64,000 nt of DNA. Origin: Eledone cirrhosa. Its lineage: Eukaryota. Under the pieces are notes generated by a model. The model saw only the letters and a list, made by a program, of their open reading frames with translations, had not been told where the DNA came from and made no database searches. A program made the position numbers and the translations under genes. Location: contig OZ024742.1 of assembly GCA_964016885.1 (NCBI GenBank), positions 125,116,001-125,180,000 of the forward strand, written 5' to 3'. This document shows positions 1 to 14,104 of this stretch, in pieces (the first letter of the stretch is position 1; each line of letters opens with the position of its first letter).

Positions 1-374
1 TCCTGTCCTGCTGTAGTTGGCACTATCAACGCTCGACTGGGTTACCTCCACCCCCTCTCCCTCTTTCTTCTACTGGAAGGTTCAGCTACCCCTTCCTTCC
101 ACAAATTGCCATGATAGAATTATGTGTCTCAACAACAAACTTTTAACCAATCCTTGTGACAATCACTTTTACCATATATGGAATCACCCCACGAGAAGCT
201 CGGCTATTCATATACCAGGCTAAAAATGTTCATTTAGTCCAGAATTAGCCGTCGAAACGGCTGAGCTCAGCCGTCGGGGTCCTACTCGTTCCTATTACCC
301 ACTCTACTACACTAAGTATTGAGTACTTTTGTGCGTTATGGTCCACCTGGTCCCTTACCACATTCCCTTCGTTA
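1..374 (+). mobile_element. PLE-type terminal repeat fragment (family A) ending in (TA)n
   Basis: Similar to 7330-7730, 57146-57430, 58060-58497, 13321-13400 and 54841-54900. It carries an HHR-like motif and abuts (TA)n. Confidence 0.65.
186..280 (+). ncRNA. Degenerate type I hammerhead motif (family A)
   Basis: acccc-ACGAGAA-long stem II-GAAA-cggctgagctcagccg-TC-ggggt. The core heptamer is damaged. Confidence 0.55.
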
Positions 375-704
375 TATATATATATATATATAGGGAGAGA
401 GAGAGACAAAGTCAATGAAAACACTTCTGAATAGTTATTTGGGAATGTATGGAGTAAACGACCAGGTATTTGCTTTCGAAATAGTTTTAAAGAATCTATG
501 GCTCCTCTATTTGAATATATCGAACTGCTTGTATACGTGGTTTTAGTAATATTAGAAAGTGAACTAAACAAAGAGAACAAAATATGGTGACAATAAAGAT
601 GATTGGTGATGATTATGTTGATGAGGTAGGAAATCGTGGCAACAGCGGTGGTGATGATGACGATGGGTGTGATGATAATGATGATGATTATGATAATAAT
701 AGTA

Positions 705-1168
705 AAAATTGTTTCTAATTTTGGCACAAGGCCAGCAATTATAGCAGTACATTACTGGTACTTTATTTTATCGCCGGCCTTTGGTTTCTTATATAGGCAC
801 GAGGCGAGCAATTTTGGGGGAGAGGAAAGTCTATTAAATCTACCGCAGTGCATGACTGGTACTATATTTATCAACGCCGTAAGGATAAAAAGCAAAGTGA
901 ACCTCGGCTGGATTTGAATTCAGATCATAACGGGCCGTAACTCAGTGCTGCAAAGCATGGCGTCCACCCTCTACCGATACTGCCAATCCACCAGTAATAA
1001 TTGTTTCTACTTTTGGTACAAGGCAGGCAATTACCCAGTGCATTACTGGTACTTTATTTTATCGACTGCGTAAGGATGAAAGGCAAAGTTAACCTCGGCG
1101 GGATTTGAACTCAGACCGTAAACCATGCTAGAAAGCATGGCGTCCAACCCTCTACCGATACTGCCAAC
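705..1168 (-). mobile_element. Cluster of 3 tRNA-derived SINE copies/fragments
   Basis: On the minus strand: B-box gagttcaaatccc, core ctttgcctttcatccttacg..gtcgataaaataaagtaccag (resembles the MetaSINE core as I recall it) and tail ttgctggccttgtgccaaaagtagaaacaatta. Confidence 0.85.
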
Positions 1169-1624
1169 AATGATAGCGATACTGGCGTTTGCTAATGGAC
1201 ATAATGATAATGATGACATGGCCACAACAGTTGAAACAACAGCTCTAAAAAACAATGATATAAATGTAAACAACAGCAACATATATCATTATCTGCCACA
1301 CGTTCATCAAAATAATTTATTATAAAACAATACATCGCTGTTTTATTTATATCAAGCATATTCCCATTCCCTGTCTCTCCCTCGCTAACTACGCCCTCTT
1401 TTTCAGTCACACAAACGTTCAAACACACAAGTGTTCAAATATATACACATATAACAGCTATATATACAGATTCACTTAATAGAACCAGATTATATGGAAT
1501 CACGTGCACATATTTATATATATGGAAGTGGGTGGCATGTTTATATATATAATATTGATATTACTAATGATAATTAAAAAAATAGAAATAATTATGTTCT
1601 ATATTGAAAGGAAATCGGTATATA

Positions 1625-1658
<34 letters not shown>

Positions 1659-1740
1659 TATATACCGATTTCATTTCAATAATGAATATAATTATTTCTA
1701 TTTTTTATTACCATTAGTAATATCAATATTATGTTGTGAC

Positions 1741-1778
<38 letters not shown>

Positions 1779-3224
1779 CCATCACCATCATCGCCGTCAC
1801 AATGGACAATTCAATGTTTTTGTATATCTTTTGAATGATAGATCGCGCCCTCTCTATACAAATTGAGAAAATTACTTTGAATTTCTCGCCTGTTTACACT
1901 AACTTACAATGACACGTATATTTGCTTTTGGTTGTTATGCTGCCACTGCTTCTGTTAGCTTTATGTTCAGCTAAATCAAACGATACATTCAGACACAGTG
2001 AGGCTTGAAAAAAAAAACATCCGCGTAATCAAGCAGTGTTAGATTTTGAATAAATAAACATACTCAAACGTAAATTCATTCAGTCTGTGTAATATATGCG
2101 CTTCGACGCATTTTTACAAATGCATCATTTTCAGTATTTCAAACGTATGCAGACACAGAAACGAGTTTGAGTGGATGGGGGTGTATGCAGAAATAAATAA
2201 ATAAATAAATAGATGATTAAATAAATATATGACATTTAAAAAGAAATTAGATTAAGTTTATCTAGATGAGGAATTAATCAAAACATACACATACAGTTTC
2301 ATGTTTTAGATAAGAAGTATTCTTTAAGAATTTCCTTGTTGTAAAAAGAGGGGGGGGGGGGGGCAGGGCAAAAAATAAAGAAAACCGAAAAAAAATAGAT
2401 GAGATGCTCGGTTAGACCCAATCTTGTCTTACAAAAGTTGTTATCACACATATTGATTACTTGCCGCTTTTCAACTAAAATTGTTTGGAATCTGCTCTCG
2501 TCACACTTCACATATTCGCTTTTAGTGGGAGTATAATTTTTGTTTGTGTTATTCTCACTCGTGCATAAACGAGGCTGTTTATAATTGTTATTTATTTACT
2601 AAGAAACTGTCTTTTGGGATGTTTACATAAAAATTGAAAAAAAAAATAATAATAACACAAGAGAAATGAAAGTGATGTAATTTTTTATAGGAATTTCCTT
2701 AGTTTGTATAATATATTTAAGATGACTAACACCTGCTTTATAACGAACAGAGAGAGCGAACACCGTTCTGAATTTGTGATTAACTAAGTGTGTCCCCTCT
2801 TCATTTCCGGTTGTTTCTCTAGCTTCTTTATTGAGGTTGAGCGATCGATAGAAGTAAAACCACAAATTAAATAAATTCACGCAGTTGTTAAAATATATTA
2901 ACACCTATTTGTGATTGTGTATTTGAAATGAAATTACATAGAAGTAAATTGTGACATGTAAACTGGAAAGATCCATCAATACATTTAATTTGTAGTCAAA
3001 AGATTTTATTGTGTGGATATTTGAAAGGAATGTGTAATGAAGTTCAGCTGGATATTCTTCATCTATTTCGGTATGTAAAATAAACATACAAACAAAGGAT
3101 ATATAAATCATTAAAAGCGTGTGTGTGTTACAATCCCTTCGTGGTTCAATTTGCATTTCAATCAAATATAGGTCCAGTAACACACTGTGGTTGATTTAAT
3201 CAACTTTCCCCGCCACCGCCCCAA

Positions 3225-3936
3225 ACTGGTGGCCTTGTGCCTAAATCAGAAGCAATGAGTTCAAATCTCACCGAAATGTGTTGGTCTTGTGCCTGAGTCA
3301 GAATCTATTACATGCGTGGATGATTTTGTAGCATGTAGTTACGGCCCTTAAACTTCTGAGTTCAAATCTAGCCGAGATTGGCTTTGCCTTTCATCCTTAC
3401 GTGGTCGATAAAATAAAGTTCCAGCTCCCTTAAAATTGTGGGATGTGTAGTGAAATTGTTGGATAAAATAGACACGTTTTCGGGGTAGGATCAAAACTAT
3501 ACGAATTTGAGTGTGGAGAATATTTCTGATTTAGGCACAAAGCCAGCAATTTTACGGGAGGAGAAAGTTGATTAAATCAGCCTCGGTGCGTTACTGGTAC
3601 TTTATTTTATCGACCTCGTAAGAAGAAATAGTAAAGCTAATCTCGGCGGGATTTGCACTCAGAAGATGAAAGAACGTAACTGTGCCGCAAAGCATATTGT
3701 CCGACGCTCTAGCGATTTTATCAATCCACCAACTTAATGTAAGTATATAATTGTTTCTACTTTTGGGACAAGGCAAGCAATTAACTTAGTGCATTACTGG
3801 TACTTTATTTTAACGATCCCTTAAGGATGAAAAGCAAAGTTAACCTCGGCGGATTTGAACTCAGACCATAAAGGGCCTTAACTCTTTTCTGCAAAGCATG
3901 GCGTCCATCCCTGTACCGATACAGCCAATCCACCGC
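3225..3936. mobile_element. SINE cluster (+ copy ~3315-3440; - copies ~3520-3730 and ~3748-3936)
   Basis: Same B-box, core and tail motifs. Confidence 0.8.
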
Positions 3937-5291
3937 CATGTCAGTATATAATGAACATTATTTCTTCAAGTAAATGAAGATTCATGAACAATTCAGAAGC
4001 TTTCAAGATAAACACCCAGCTCCTACATTGTATTGATTTACATTCCTATCATATTTTACTTAATCGATTAATATCATTTACTATTCGTGCGTAATATACG
4101 TGCACATATGCACGAACAAGGATAACTATGTGAGAATATATAATTAATCGATGCTGAACTCGGACAGCCTGGTGAATATATTTTACTAATGAATGACGTT
4201 CAAGTGCAATCGGAGTTAATTAACAATGCCAGTTAATTATCATGTTTTACTTCAACATATATCTACAGTATGCAGAATGGTAGGGGGTGAAGTGGCAGAG
4301 TCATTAGAACGTCGGAACGTTATTCGTGTCGGCTCCTTGTGTTCAAATGCCTCCGACGTAAACTTTTCCGTTCATACATTTAAATTCGATAAAATGAAAA
4401 GTACTGAGGGACGATTCTTCCTCTATATCTCTTTCTGGAACAAATCTGCTGTATTCAGACATGGAGAGGAGATGGCCTCCGGCAGGTTTTAAAATATGCC
4501 CTCGCAAAACTGTGTGTCAATATGAAGCCCCAACGACACCCTCAGGAGTTACGGGTCCATGCATACATAAGGAATGGTATCCATGCTATTTTACCAAATT
4601 ATTTAGTTACGTTCCTTTCGATTCGAATTTGATTTCATTGATCAAGGGCAAATAAAACATTTTCCAGTAATGTTCTATTTATATCTCTGCATGTCATTTA
4701 TGGAGAAGAAATCAGGAAGTTATACATAAGCTACTTCTTCCGAAATCAACTCCCGGGAGACGCAGTAGAGGAAGACCTACTCGAAATTCAGCGATCAACT
4801 GTTGGGTGATATAAACCTGGAAAATCGTGAATTGTGGAGACTTTGTTAGGAATGTTAGACTGTGGTCGCAATGATGAAGATTTATATTGATAACACTATT
4901 CCAGGTCAATTTCTACCCCTGTAATTGTGTCATTATCAATTTCTATAAATGAAACAAACAGGCCTAAACAAAACAGTTTACTATATATTATAAGCCTTAT
5001 AGAACAAAACACACGGTATTTCTCCTTTACCCATAACCATTTTATGATATCAAAACATATCTGTTTCTTCCTATGGTTTCATGTTTCTATACAAATAAAG
5101 TGTTTATCTCCTACAGGCACGAATGTTATCCAAGTTGATTGAAATATTTAGCATATCATAAATGTAATCTGAGTGTTTCGAATATTAATAATAATATCCG
5201 ATTCATTTGCAATTATGCAAACGGCTTCTTTTATAAGCCATGTCAGTAGAATTTGCCCCTCATTCTCGCCCTTGTGTTAGCATGTAAACAG

Positions 5292-5340
5292 AACTACAGA
5301 CACTAATGTTCCTGGGTGATTACCCTTCATCAGTGCAGTT
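5292..5340 (-). ncRNA. Type I hammerhead motif (family B), GAAA mutated to GGAA
   Basis: Minus strand: aactgca-CTGATGA-agggtaatcaccca-GGAA-cattagtg-TC-tgtagtt. Stem I is 7 bp and stem II is gggt/accc. Confidence 0.7.
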
Positions 5341-6367
5341 TACTGCTCACCTGCAGCTCTCAGAGCTAGTGAAAATATATTATATTTTCTGAAATATACA
5401 GTGATAATCGGCCTGATTTGCATATTAGAGGATGGGCTGAGCAGTCAGATCTGCATATTGGCAGACCAAGTGATCAACCAGATTTGCATATCAGCCAGTC
5501 TGCTGATATGCAAATCAGGCCAAACCTGTACCAGAAGCAGCATTTTAACATAATTAAAAAAATCAAGAACTCTCTCGCTCAAGTTTTCAAGCATAAAAAT
5601 GACATTAAAACAATCAGTGATCTCAAGAAAAGGACAGTAAATATAGCCTAACAAAGTTCGTTTTTCCTCAACCCCGCTGTCTTTTACTTTCCCTCTCGCA
5701 AAAACTTTGGGCAATTTATTAAATGTTCGAGCGACATAAAGATGACTTGTTCACTGAGAAGTTTGTACACGGATGCTTAAAACGAATGATGCAAACCACA
5801 AAAGGGGAAACTACACGAAACGCTTCTGTATGCAGTTCCGTTCAAAGATAACCTCATTCAATCCCAGATCAACTAATAATTTCAATTGTTGCGAGTTACT
5901 ACCTTACCATGAGACTTACCATGAGACCATGTGGTAGATTGACCAATATGGAATGACAAAATACAGGCAACACCTATACATGTATTTCACAACATTGTCT
6001 ATCTTGCTTTTTATACCCTTTAAATATTAGGCAGATTGGGCAATTACTACTTGTGAATTCAGGAGCTTAGCTCCTCTCAAAGAATACAAATTCAGTTACA
6101 GATTCTCTTAGGTGATTGGTTATATAACTTGTACGTCTAATAATAATAGGTATGAAAGGTAACGTGTATATTTTATCTGCAAACCGACTGTTAATGACCC
6201 GTGGATATCATCATTATGGTGCTGCTTTTTTTACTGATTTGACATGTTGCTAGTTGACTTTCACAAGAGAGCATATTCTCAATGTGGACTCAAACATTAA
6301 TATGCCTGTTGTGTATAAACACACACACTCGTATACACACACACACATAAATATATATATCTTCTAT

Positions 6368-6492
6368 TCTAAGGCGGGTAAAACTCCCGAGATCCATGGA
6401 CGAGTTCTCTCCAGCGGTCTCTGTCCCTCATTACCGCTGCCATGTCCTGCGTCTCCAACAGACAAGTGCCTGTCCTTAGGGCATCAACATAT
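6368..6492 (-). mobile_element. RTE-clade LINE 3' end fragment
   Basis: Translates YVDALRTGTCLLETQDMAAVMRDRDRWRELV. It matches 39947-40072 on the opposite strand. Confidence 0.75.
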
Positions 6493-6523
6493 GTGTGCGT
6501 GTGTATATATATATTTACATATA

Positions 6524-6561
<38 letters not shown>

Positions 6562-6669
6562 TATATATACATACAACATAGATAACAATCAAATTGTGTT
6601 TAAGGCATTTATTTATAATTATATATATAAGTATAACTACTACTGTATATATATATATATATATATACG

Positions 6670-6718
<49 letters not shown>

Positions 6719-7227
6719 TAGTGTATATAGGCATATATATATATATATCTGTGTATATATATGTATGTATATATATGTATATATATATATGTATATATAT
6801 ATAAGTATGTATACGTATATATATATAAGTATGTATACGAGTGAGTGAGAAATGAAATTTTGTTTCATTTTTTTCCATTTATATATATATATAAGCATAT
6901 ATATTGTTATACTGGGGGGGGGGGGGATTTTGTTGTAATAATATTGACGGAAATAATAACAGAACACACTCACTCTTTGGTTGGTTTTCGTGAGTGTGTT
7001 CTGTTATTATTTCCGGCAATATTATTACAACAATATGACCCTCCCCAAGTATAATAATATTTGTTTCGACTCACGATTTCATATCGAAAACCTCGCAAAA
7101 CAAATATATATATGTATTGGTAAACGGAAAAGAAAATGCTGACAAATTGTTCACAGTGAAAAATAGTTTAATAAGAAATAAGTGAGAATTAGTAATAGTA
7201 TTGGTTAGTATTCAGTTTTGGTTTTAA

Positions 7228-7264
7228 GTTTTACCGGTTGCGCATTTCTAATGCTTTTCAAAAA
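7228..7264 (-). ncRNA. Degenerate U3-A8 hammerhead (family C relic)
   Basis: ttt-TTGAAAA-gcat tagaa atgc-GCAA-ccgg-TA-aaa. Same layout as 50827-50864 with a compensated stem II (gcat/atgc vs gcag/ctgc). Confidence 0.55.
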
Positions 7265-7329
7265 TAATTTTGAGATAGAGCGTCCGTGATGTTTGCTCTG
7301 ATCTGTATTTTATATATATATATATAAGA

Positions 7330-7730
7330 AAGAGTATGACCCCGGCGGCAGAGCTCAAACCGTTTCTGCTATTTCTGAACTAAATTAGAATTTTTAGCCC
7401 AGTAAATAAATAGCCAAACTTTCCAAGGGGTACTTCCTTATATGGTAAGATTGTAGTTGTCAGGAGGATTGGTCAAAATGTGTTGTAAACACAAATAAGT
7501 CTATCGTGGCAGTGGATGGCCTGTAGAACAATGAGGGAGTGGGTGGAGCCGGTCAAGGGTTGAAAGTGAATTCTATATAGCAAATTCTAAGGATAGTGTA
7601 TGAAAGTAGGCCAGAGGAAGTAGGCGAAAAAAGTCCTGGAGGAAGTAGAGGTGGGACGTTATAGAAGAGGTAAATTAAATGAGATTAGGAAGCAATGAAA
7701 AAATAAGAGAAAGATATATAAAAATATAAA
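7330..7730 (-). mobile_element. Family A PLE terminal repeat with degenerate HHR (7339-7431)
   Basis: Reverse-complement match to 58060-58497, flanked by (TA)n. Confidence 0.7.
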
Positions 7731-7953
7731 AAGGCATATATATATATATATATATATGTTCAGGTTTGAGGTTCACCACTATATAGAGCTGGTCTATTCC
7801 GTATGGTCAATCGTAATGCAATAATATAGAGAGTAGTCAACGTAAGGCAGTTCAACCGTCTTTGTTTTTGTTGTTGGTGGTGCTATTACGGAGTTAAATA
7901 TTATAATGAAATGACAGGAGTCTGGATTTGTGTAAATCCTTGAAAGGTTTATT

Positions 7954-8011
7954 ATACTATGATCATTTCAATGACCGGGTTCCGTATGAATCCGGTGATA
8001 TCATCAGGTAT
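7954..8011 (-). ncRNA. Type I hammerhead (family D)
   Basis: atac-CTGATGA-tatcaccgg..ccggtcatt-GAAA-tgatca-TA-gtat. Confidence 0.8.
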
Positions 8012-10547
8012 TCCAAATATAATACGTAAATGTAATAGATAAAATCCATGGGGCTGAAAATCGAGGACCCGAGGGCGACCGCTATTCTGTTCCTTCAACC
8101 TCAGCCGGTCGCCCTGGAGTGACGTGGCTAAAGTTTATAGTATGCTACTACCGGTCAGATAAACGAAAACAGAAAGGGATGGGAACATAAGTTAACGTCA
8201 ATCTCATGACACAAGGTAAAAGAAAGAAAGAAAGAAAGGAAGGAGAGAGAAGAAGGGGGAAGAAAGAAGAAGAGAAGCCGGGGTTAATGTCAGCTAAAAG
8301 AAGAAAGGCAACTACTACCGGTGAGATATACGCAAGCAAGAGGGGGAAGGAAGATAAGTCTGCGGGTGGAAGACAGGAAGAGGGGAGAAGAGAAGGAAGA
8401 GAAGAGAGAAGTAGAAAAGTAAGGGTTGATGGCTACAAGAAGGAAGATAGAAAGAGAGAGGAAGGAAGGTCGATATTAATGTCAGACCACAGTCAGGCCA
8501 GGAGTGGCGCGAGAAAATGTTCACAGGGACCCGCATCATGGCGGAGGTGAATATATTGGGAGTCAGTGTGTTACAATGTTTATACCTATAGGATGAAGTT
8601 AAAAAATTAATAATCAATATTCAATATTAAAGAGGTTAGAAAATTTAAAGTTCAACTGTTTAACATTTTCAGGTTGATATATCTAATAGTTCCGATTTGT
8701 TCTGTAATTTAAAGGTACTATGTGGCTGTTAAAACACCAGCCGCGCCCCGGGCCCCATGGCGAATTAAGCTACGCCGAGTATTTTCATTTACCGAAAGAA
8801 GGGGAAATTTATTTTTCCAAGCACTCCGGGTAAGCTCGCGCGCCAGGGAGCTGGTCGCGCCGCCATTAAAACCCACCCAACAGTCCGACAGAAATTTGGA
8901 ACTTTAGAATTTTGCTTAACTCTATCGGATGAAGTTGAAAGAATTCAGAATAACATTATAAAACTAAGGAGTAAGAAGATTGAGAATTGAACAAACAGAA
9001 AATTGTAGATTAAACATTCAAATAACCTCTATGAGGTTTTGGGTTGCGGGCTTTAATTAAATAGAGTCTTTTATGAAGAAACGTTAATTGTATTATGTAG
9101 ATCTGTAATTTATCCTAGTGGAATGTAGAGTACGGGATATAGTCGTGTAATGTTTAATTTTTGTTCTCAGGATGAGACATTCTAGTGTCGTGTGCTAATG
9201 GGTACAGGTCCCAATGTGAGGAGTAGAAATACATGGATACATAGAAGTGGAATACGTGGAAGAGCACATTGGTACAGCAGAGGTATAAATATATAAACAT
9301 ATAAATATATAGGTATAAATATGTAAATAAACCAACAAGAGTGGTGTTGGAGTAAGATGGAGAAATCAAGACATAGGAGAGTTACAATATTGAATATTGA
9401 TTACGATATTACAATATTACAATATTGAATATTGATTATTAATTTTTTAACTTCATCCTATAAGTCTAAATATTGTAACACACTGACCCACGATATATTC
9501 ACCTCTGCTAAGATGCGGGTCCCTGTGAAAGTTTTCTCGCGCCACTCCTGACCCGACTGTGGTGTGACATTAATATCGACCTTCCTTCCTCTCTCTTTCT
9601 ATCTTCCTTCTTGTAGCCATCAACCATTACTCTTCTACTTCTCTAAGCAAACTTTTAAAGTTCCAACTTTCTGTCAGACTGTTGGGTGGGTTTTAATGGC
9701 GGCGCGACCAGCTTCCTGGCGCACGAGCTTACTTCGAGTGCTTGGAAAAATAAATTTCCCCTTCTTTCGGTAAATGAAAATACTCGGCGTAGCTTAATTC
9801 GCCATGGGGCCCGGGGCGCGGCTGGTGTGTTAACAGCCACATAGTACCTTTAAATTACAGAACAAATCGGAACTATTAGATATATCAACCTGAAAGTGTT
9901 AAACAGTTGAACTTTAAATTTTCTAACCTCTTTAATATTGAATATTGATTATTAATTTTTTTAACTTCATCCTAGAAGTCTAAACACTGTAACACACTGA
10001 CTCCCAATATATTCATCTCTGCTAAGATGCGGGTCTCTGTGAACATTTTCTCGCGCCACTCCTGGCCTGGCTGTGGTCTGACATTAATATCGACCTCTCT
10101 TCCTCTTTCTTTCTATCTTCCTTCTTGTAGCCATCAACCCTTACTTTTCTACTTCTCTCTTCTCTTCCTTCTCTTCTCCCCTCTTCCTGTCCTCCTCCCG
10201 CAGACTTATCTTCCTTCCCCCTCTTGCTTGCCTATATCTCACCGGTAGTAGTTGCCTTTCTTCTTTTAGCTGACATTAACCCTGGCTTCTCTACTTCTTT
10301 CTTCTCCCTTCTTCTCTCTCCTTCCTTTCTTTATTTCTTTTACCTTGTGTCATGAGATTGACGTTAACTTATGTTCCCATCCCTTTCTGTTTTCGTTTAT
10401 CTGACCGGTAGTAGCATACTATAAACTTTAGCCACGTCACTCCAGGGCGACCGGCTGAGGTTGAAGGAACAGAATAGCGGTCGCCCTCGGGTCCTCGATT
10501 TTCAGCCCCATGGATTTTATCTATTACATTCACGTATTATATTTCGA

Positions 10548-10605
10548 ATACCTGATGATATCACCGATTTCATAGGGAACCCGGTCATTGAAATGATCAT
10601 AGTAT
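10548..10605 (+). ncRNA. Type I hammerhead (family D)
   Basis: atac-CTGATGA-tatcaccg..cggtcatt-GAAA-tgatca-TA-gtat. Confidence 0.8.
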
Positions 10606-10651
10606 AATAAACCTTTCAAGGATTTACACAAATCCAGCCTCCTGTCATTTC

Positions 10652-10765
<114 letters not shown>

Positions 10766-10990
10766 CGTGTATATATACGTGTATGTATATGTGTGTATAT
10801 ATGTGTATGTACACATATGTATATATATATGTGTGTGTGTGTGTGTATGTATGTGTGTATCTGGATGTATGTGTATGTATATATATGTGTGTGTGTATAT
10901 ATATATATGTATGTGTATGTGCATATATGTGTGTATATGTGTGTGTGTATATATATGTATGTGTGTGTATGTACGTGTGTATATGTATGG

Positions 10991-11026
<36 letters not shown>

Positions 11027-11398
11027 ATATATGTGTATATATATGTATATGTATGTATGTGTGGATGAAGGTATGTGTGTATATATAGGTGTAAGTGCAC
11101 TAAATCCCTTTCTATCAATCTCCCCTCTCCTACCTTCCACAGGAAGATATATGTATGTTTATTGCTTCCACCCCCTCACTGACCATCTGGCCATTGCTAA
11201 ATTTGACCTTTATAAATTAACCCACACGCCCAAATAACTTTTCATTCACTACCAGAAAGGGACCCAGCAGTCAACGAGCTGCTAAACGAGCTGCTACCAA
11301 GATGAAAACTACTGTGAAATCCCACAATGAATATTATACTTGAATTTTCAAATCTCAAATTTTAACTCTTCTTATTATTAATTTTTCTTAATATTAAT

Positions 11399-11448
11399 CA
11401 ACATTTGAAAAGATGGCTTTTGCAGACCCATCGAAACCGGTCATGTTG
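11399..11448 (+). ncRNA. Type I hammerhead with U3-A8 core (family E)
   Basis: caacat-TTGAAAA-gatgg cttttgcagac ccatc-GAAA-ccgg-TC-atgttg. Perfect 6-bp stem I and 5-bp stem II. Confidence 0.85.
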
Positions 11449-11551
11449 TATACCCTTTATTATTTCCTTACCTTATAAAATTAGATGTTTTTTCACAAAA
11501 AAGTATTCTGTCTCATATATATTCCATGTGCCATTACCAACCTCAATTTTC

Positions 11552-11656
<105 letters not shown>

Positions 11657-11920
11657 GGAAAAAATGAAATGAAATTTCATTTCTCACTCTTAGTACGGCT
11701 GTTACTTAAATATAAGTATGTATAGGTACATACATATATGTATTCAGACGTACAGTAGTATGTATATATATATACATACATGCGCACATATATATATGTA
11801 CCTATGGATTCACCGAACATTTATTATAATGCTCGGTGTGTTTGTAAACAAATATCCCGTATTAAGCCGTACAGTGTCTAGCAACCATCGCTGCTCATTT
11901 GTTCAACACTGACAAAGGAA

Positions 11921-11961
11921 CGCTGTACTAGTTTCAAGCTTATTAGCTATCGTCAGCAACG
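11921..11961 (-). ncRNA. Type I hammerhead (family F)
   Basis: cgttg-CTGACGA-tagctaataagctt-GAAA-ctag-TA-cagcg. Confidence 0.85.
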
Positions 11962-12459
11962 TATACGTTCCTGCCAGATGGTTGACCGTCTGAAAGTATA
12001 TACTTTCCTTATGCATATTACCGGCTAAGCAGCCTACTTTGCATATCGAGTGAGTTAATCGGCCAGCGCACCGAAAACGATAAACGGAAAAAATGAAACG
12101 AAATTTCATTTCTCACTCTTAGTATGGCTGTTACTTAAATATAAGTATGTATACGTACATACATATATGTATACAGACGTACAGTAGTATGTATATATAT
12201 ATATATACATACATGCACACATATATATATATGTACGTATGGATTTACCGAACATTTATTATAATGCTCGGTGTGTTTATAAACAAACATCCCCGATTAA
12301 GCCGTACAGTGTCTAGCAACCGTTTCATTTTTTCCGTTAATCATTTTCGGTACCCCGGCCGATTAACTCACTCGATATGCAAAGTAGGCTGCTCAGCCGT
12401 TAATATGCATAAGGAAAGTATATACTTTCAGACGTTCAATCATCTGGCAGGAAGTTATA

Positions 12460-12500
12460 CGTTGCTGACGATAGCTAATAAGCTTGAAACTAGTACAGCG
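12460..12500 (+). ncRNA. Type I hammerhead (family F)
   Basis: cgttg-CTGACGA-tagctaataagctt-GAAA-ctag-TA-cagcg. Confidence 0.85.
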
Positions 12501-12706
12501 TTCCTTTGTCAGTGTTGAACAAATGAGCAACGATGGTTGCTAGACACTGTACGGCTTAATTCGGGATGTTTGTTTACAAACACACCGAGCATTAAAATAA
12601 ATGTTCGGTGAATCCATACGTACATATATATATATGTGTGCATGTATGTATATATATATACATACTACTGTACGTCTGTATACATATATGTATGTACGTA
12701 TACATA

Positions 12707-12743
<37 letters not shown>

Positions 12744-13136
12744 CACGCACTTATGTGCAGTGCATGATGTTATTATTGTTATTTAGACACTTTCCTATTG
12801 TTTTGTTCTATTAGTTCTGAATGATTTCCTTTTCAAGCCTATTAAGCATGTTTTCTCTTCATTTCGTTTCCATCTTGTCTTGTTCGTATTATTTACTTTG
12901 ACTTTTGACGGAAGAATGCAGCATTTAGCATGGAATCCATTTGTGTTCATATCATTTTTGCTTCTAATATTTATAAGCAGATGTTTCTTTGTCTCAAGTT
13001 GTTTTACTTTTTTTACTTTCTCTATTCAATTTCTCAAATATGCCCAGAATCTCTCATATAAATAAGTGGAATATATAGAAATAGAACCACATAAATGAGT
13101 ATTCGTACAAATATACGCTCGCATTCATCTATGTAC

Positions 13137-13174
<38 letters not shown>

Positions 13175-13281
13175 TTGTGTACTTCCAATATTACGGACAT
13201 GTGGTTACATTGTGTCAGGATAGAGTAGTTGGACAGCTTATACAGGCAGGAGATCCATGGATAGAGACCGAGCAAGATGCT

Positions 13282-13324
<43 letters not shown>

Positions 13325-13414
13325 CCCACTCTACTATCCAAAGTATCGAGTACTCTGGGGCGTTATCGTCCACCTGGTTTCTTACCACACTTCGTTCGTT
13401 ATATATATATATAT

Positions 13415-13487
13415 GGTCTAACTGGTTTTTACCACCTCTATTCTGATTTATATATTAGAATAGAGGTGGTAAAAACTAGTTAGACCA
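13415..13487. repeat. Hairpin between two family A terminal fragments
   Basis: ggtctaactggtttttaccacctctattct / agaatagaggtggtaaaaactagttagacc. Confidence 0.8.
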
Positions 13488-13571
13488 CTACTCACCAGAT
13501 TACTCGATACTTGGGGTGGTTCGGATCTAGCTGTTGAAACGACCGGAGCGCAGCCATCGGGGTTCTGAATT

Positions 13572-13607
<36 letters not shown>

Positions 13608-14066
13608 GTACAAAATATAGACAGGGCTATAATGAAGCAATGACATTTGTGTCACTACTTGGCCACCTCTACCTCCCCTACTACACCTAAAATAACACAA
13701 AGCTAGCAGCAAGTGTCATATGGTGACCCTCTGCTATCGATATAACCCCATATTTACAGGCTGTCCCCGAATTAAATTTTCTATCTTCTATTTTTTTCTC
13801 TGTCTACTATCTTACATTTTCTGTTTGGGTTCAACGTAATACTATTACATAATTTCTAAAATAACCCCTGATAAAATCGTAATATGTATAGTGATCACGT
13901 AATTAAAATTATAAACTTAATTTTCCAGACCGGCCTTCTATTGTTGTTTTAATGAATACTTTATTCAGTTTCTGCATCAACGACTGGATACCACACCGAC
14001 GATGAGTGCTTCACGTGAATATCATTAAATAAGGTAAAAACTGAAATTTGTGGTGGATATATATAT

Positions 14067-14097
<31 letters not shown>

Positions 14098-14104
14098 AGA
14101 ATAT

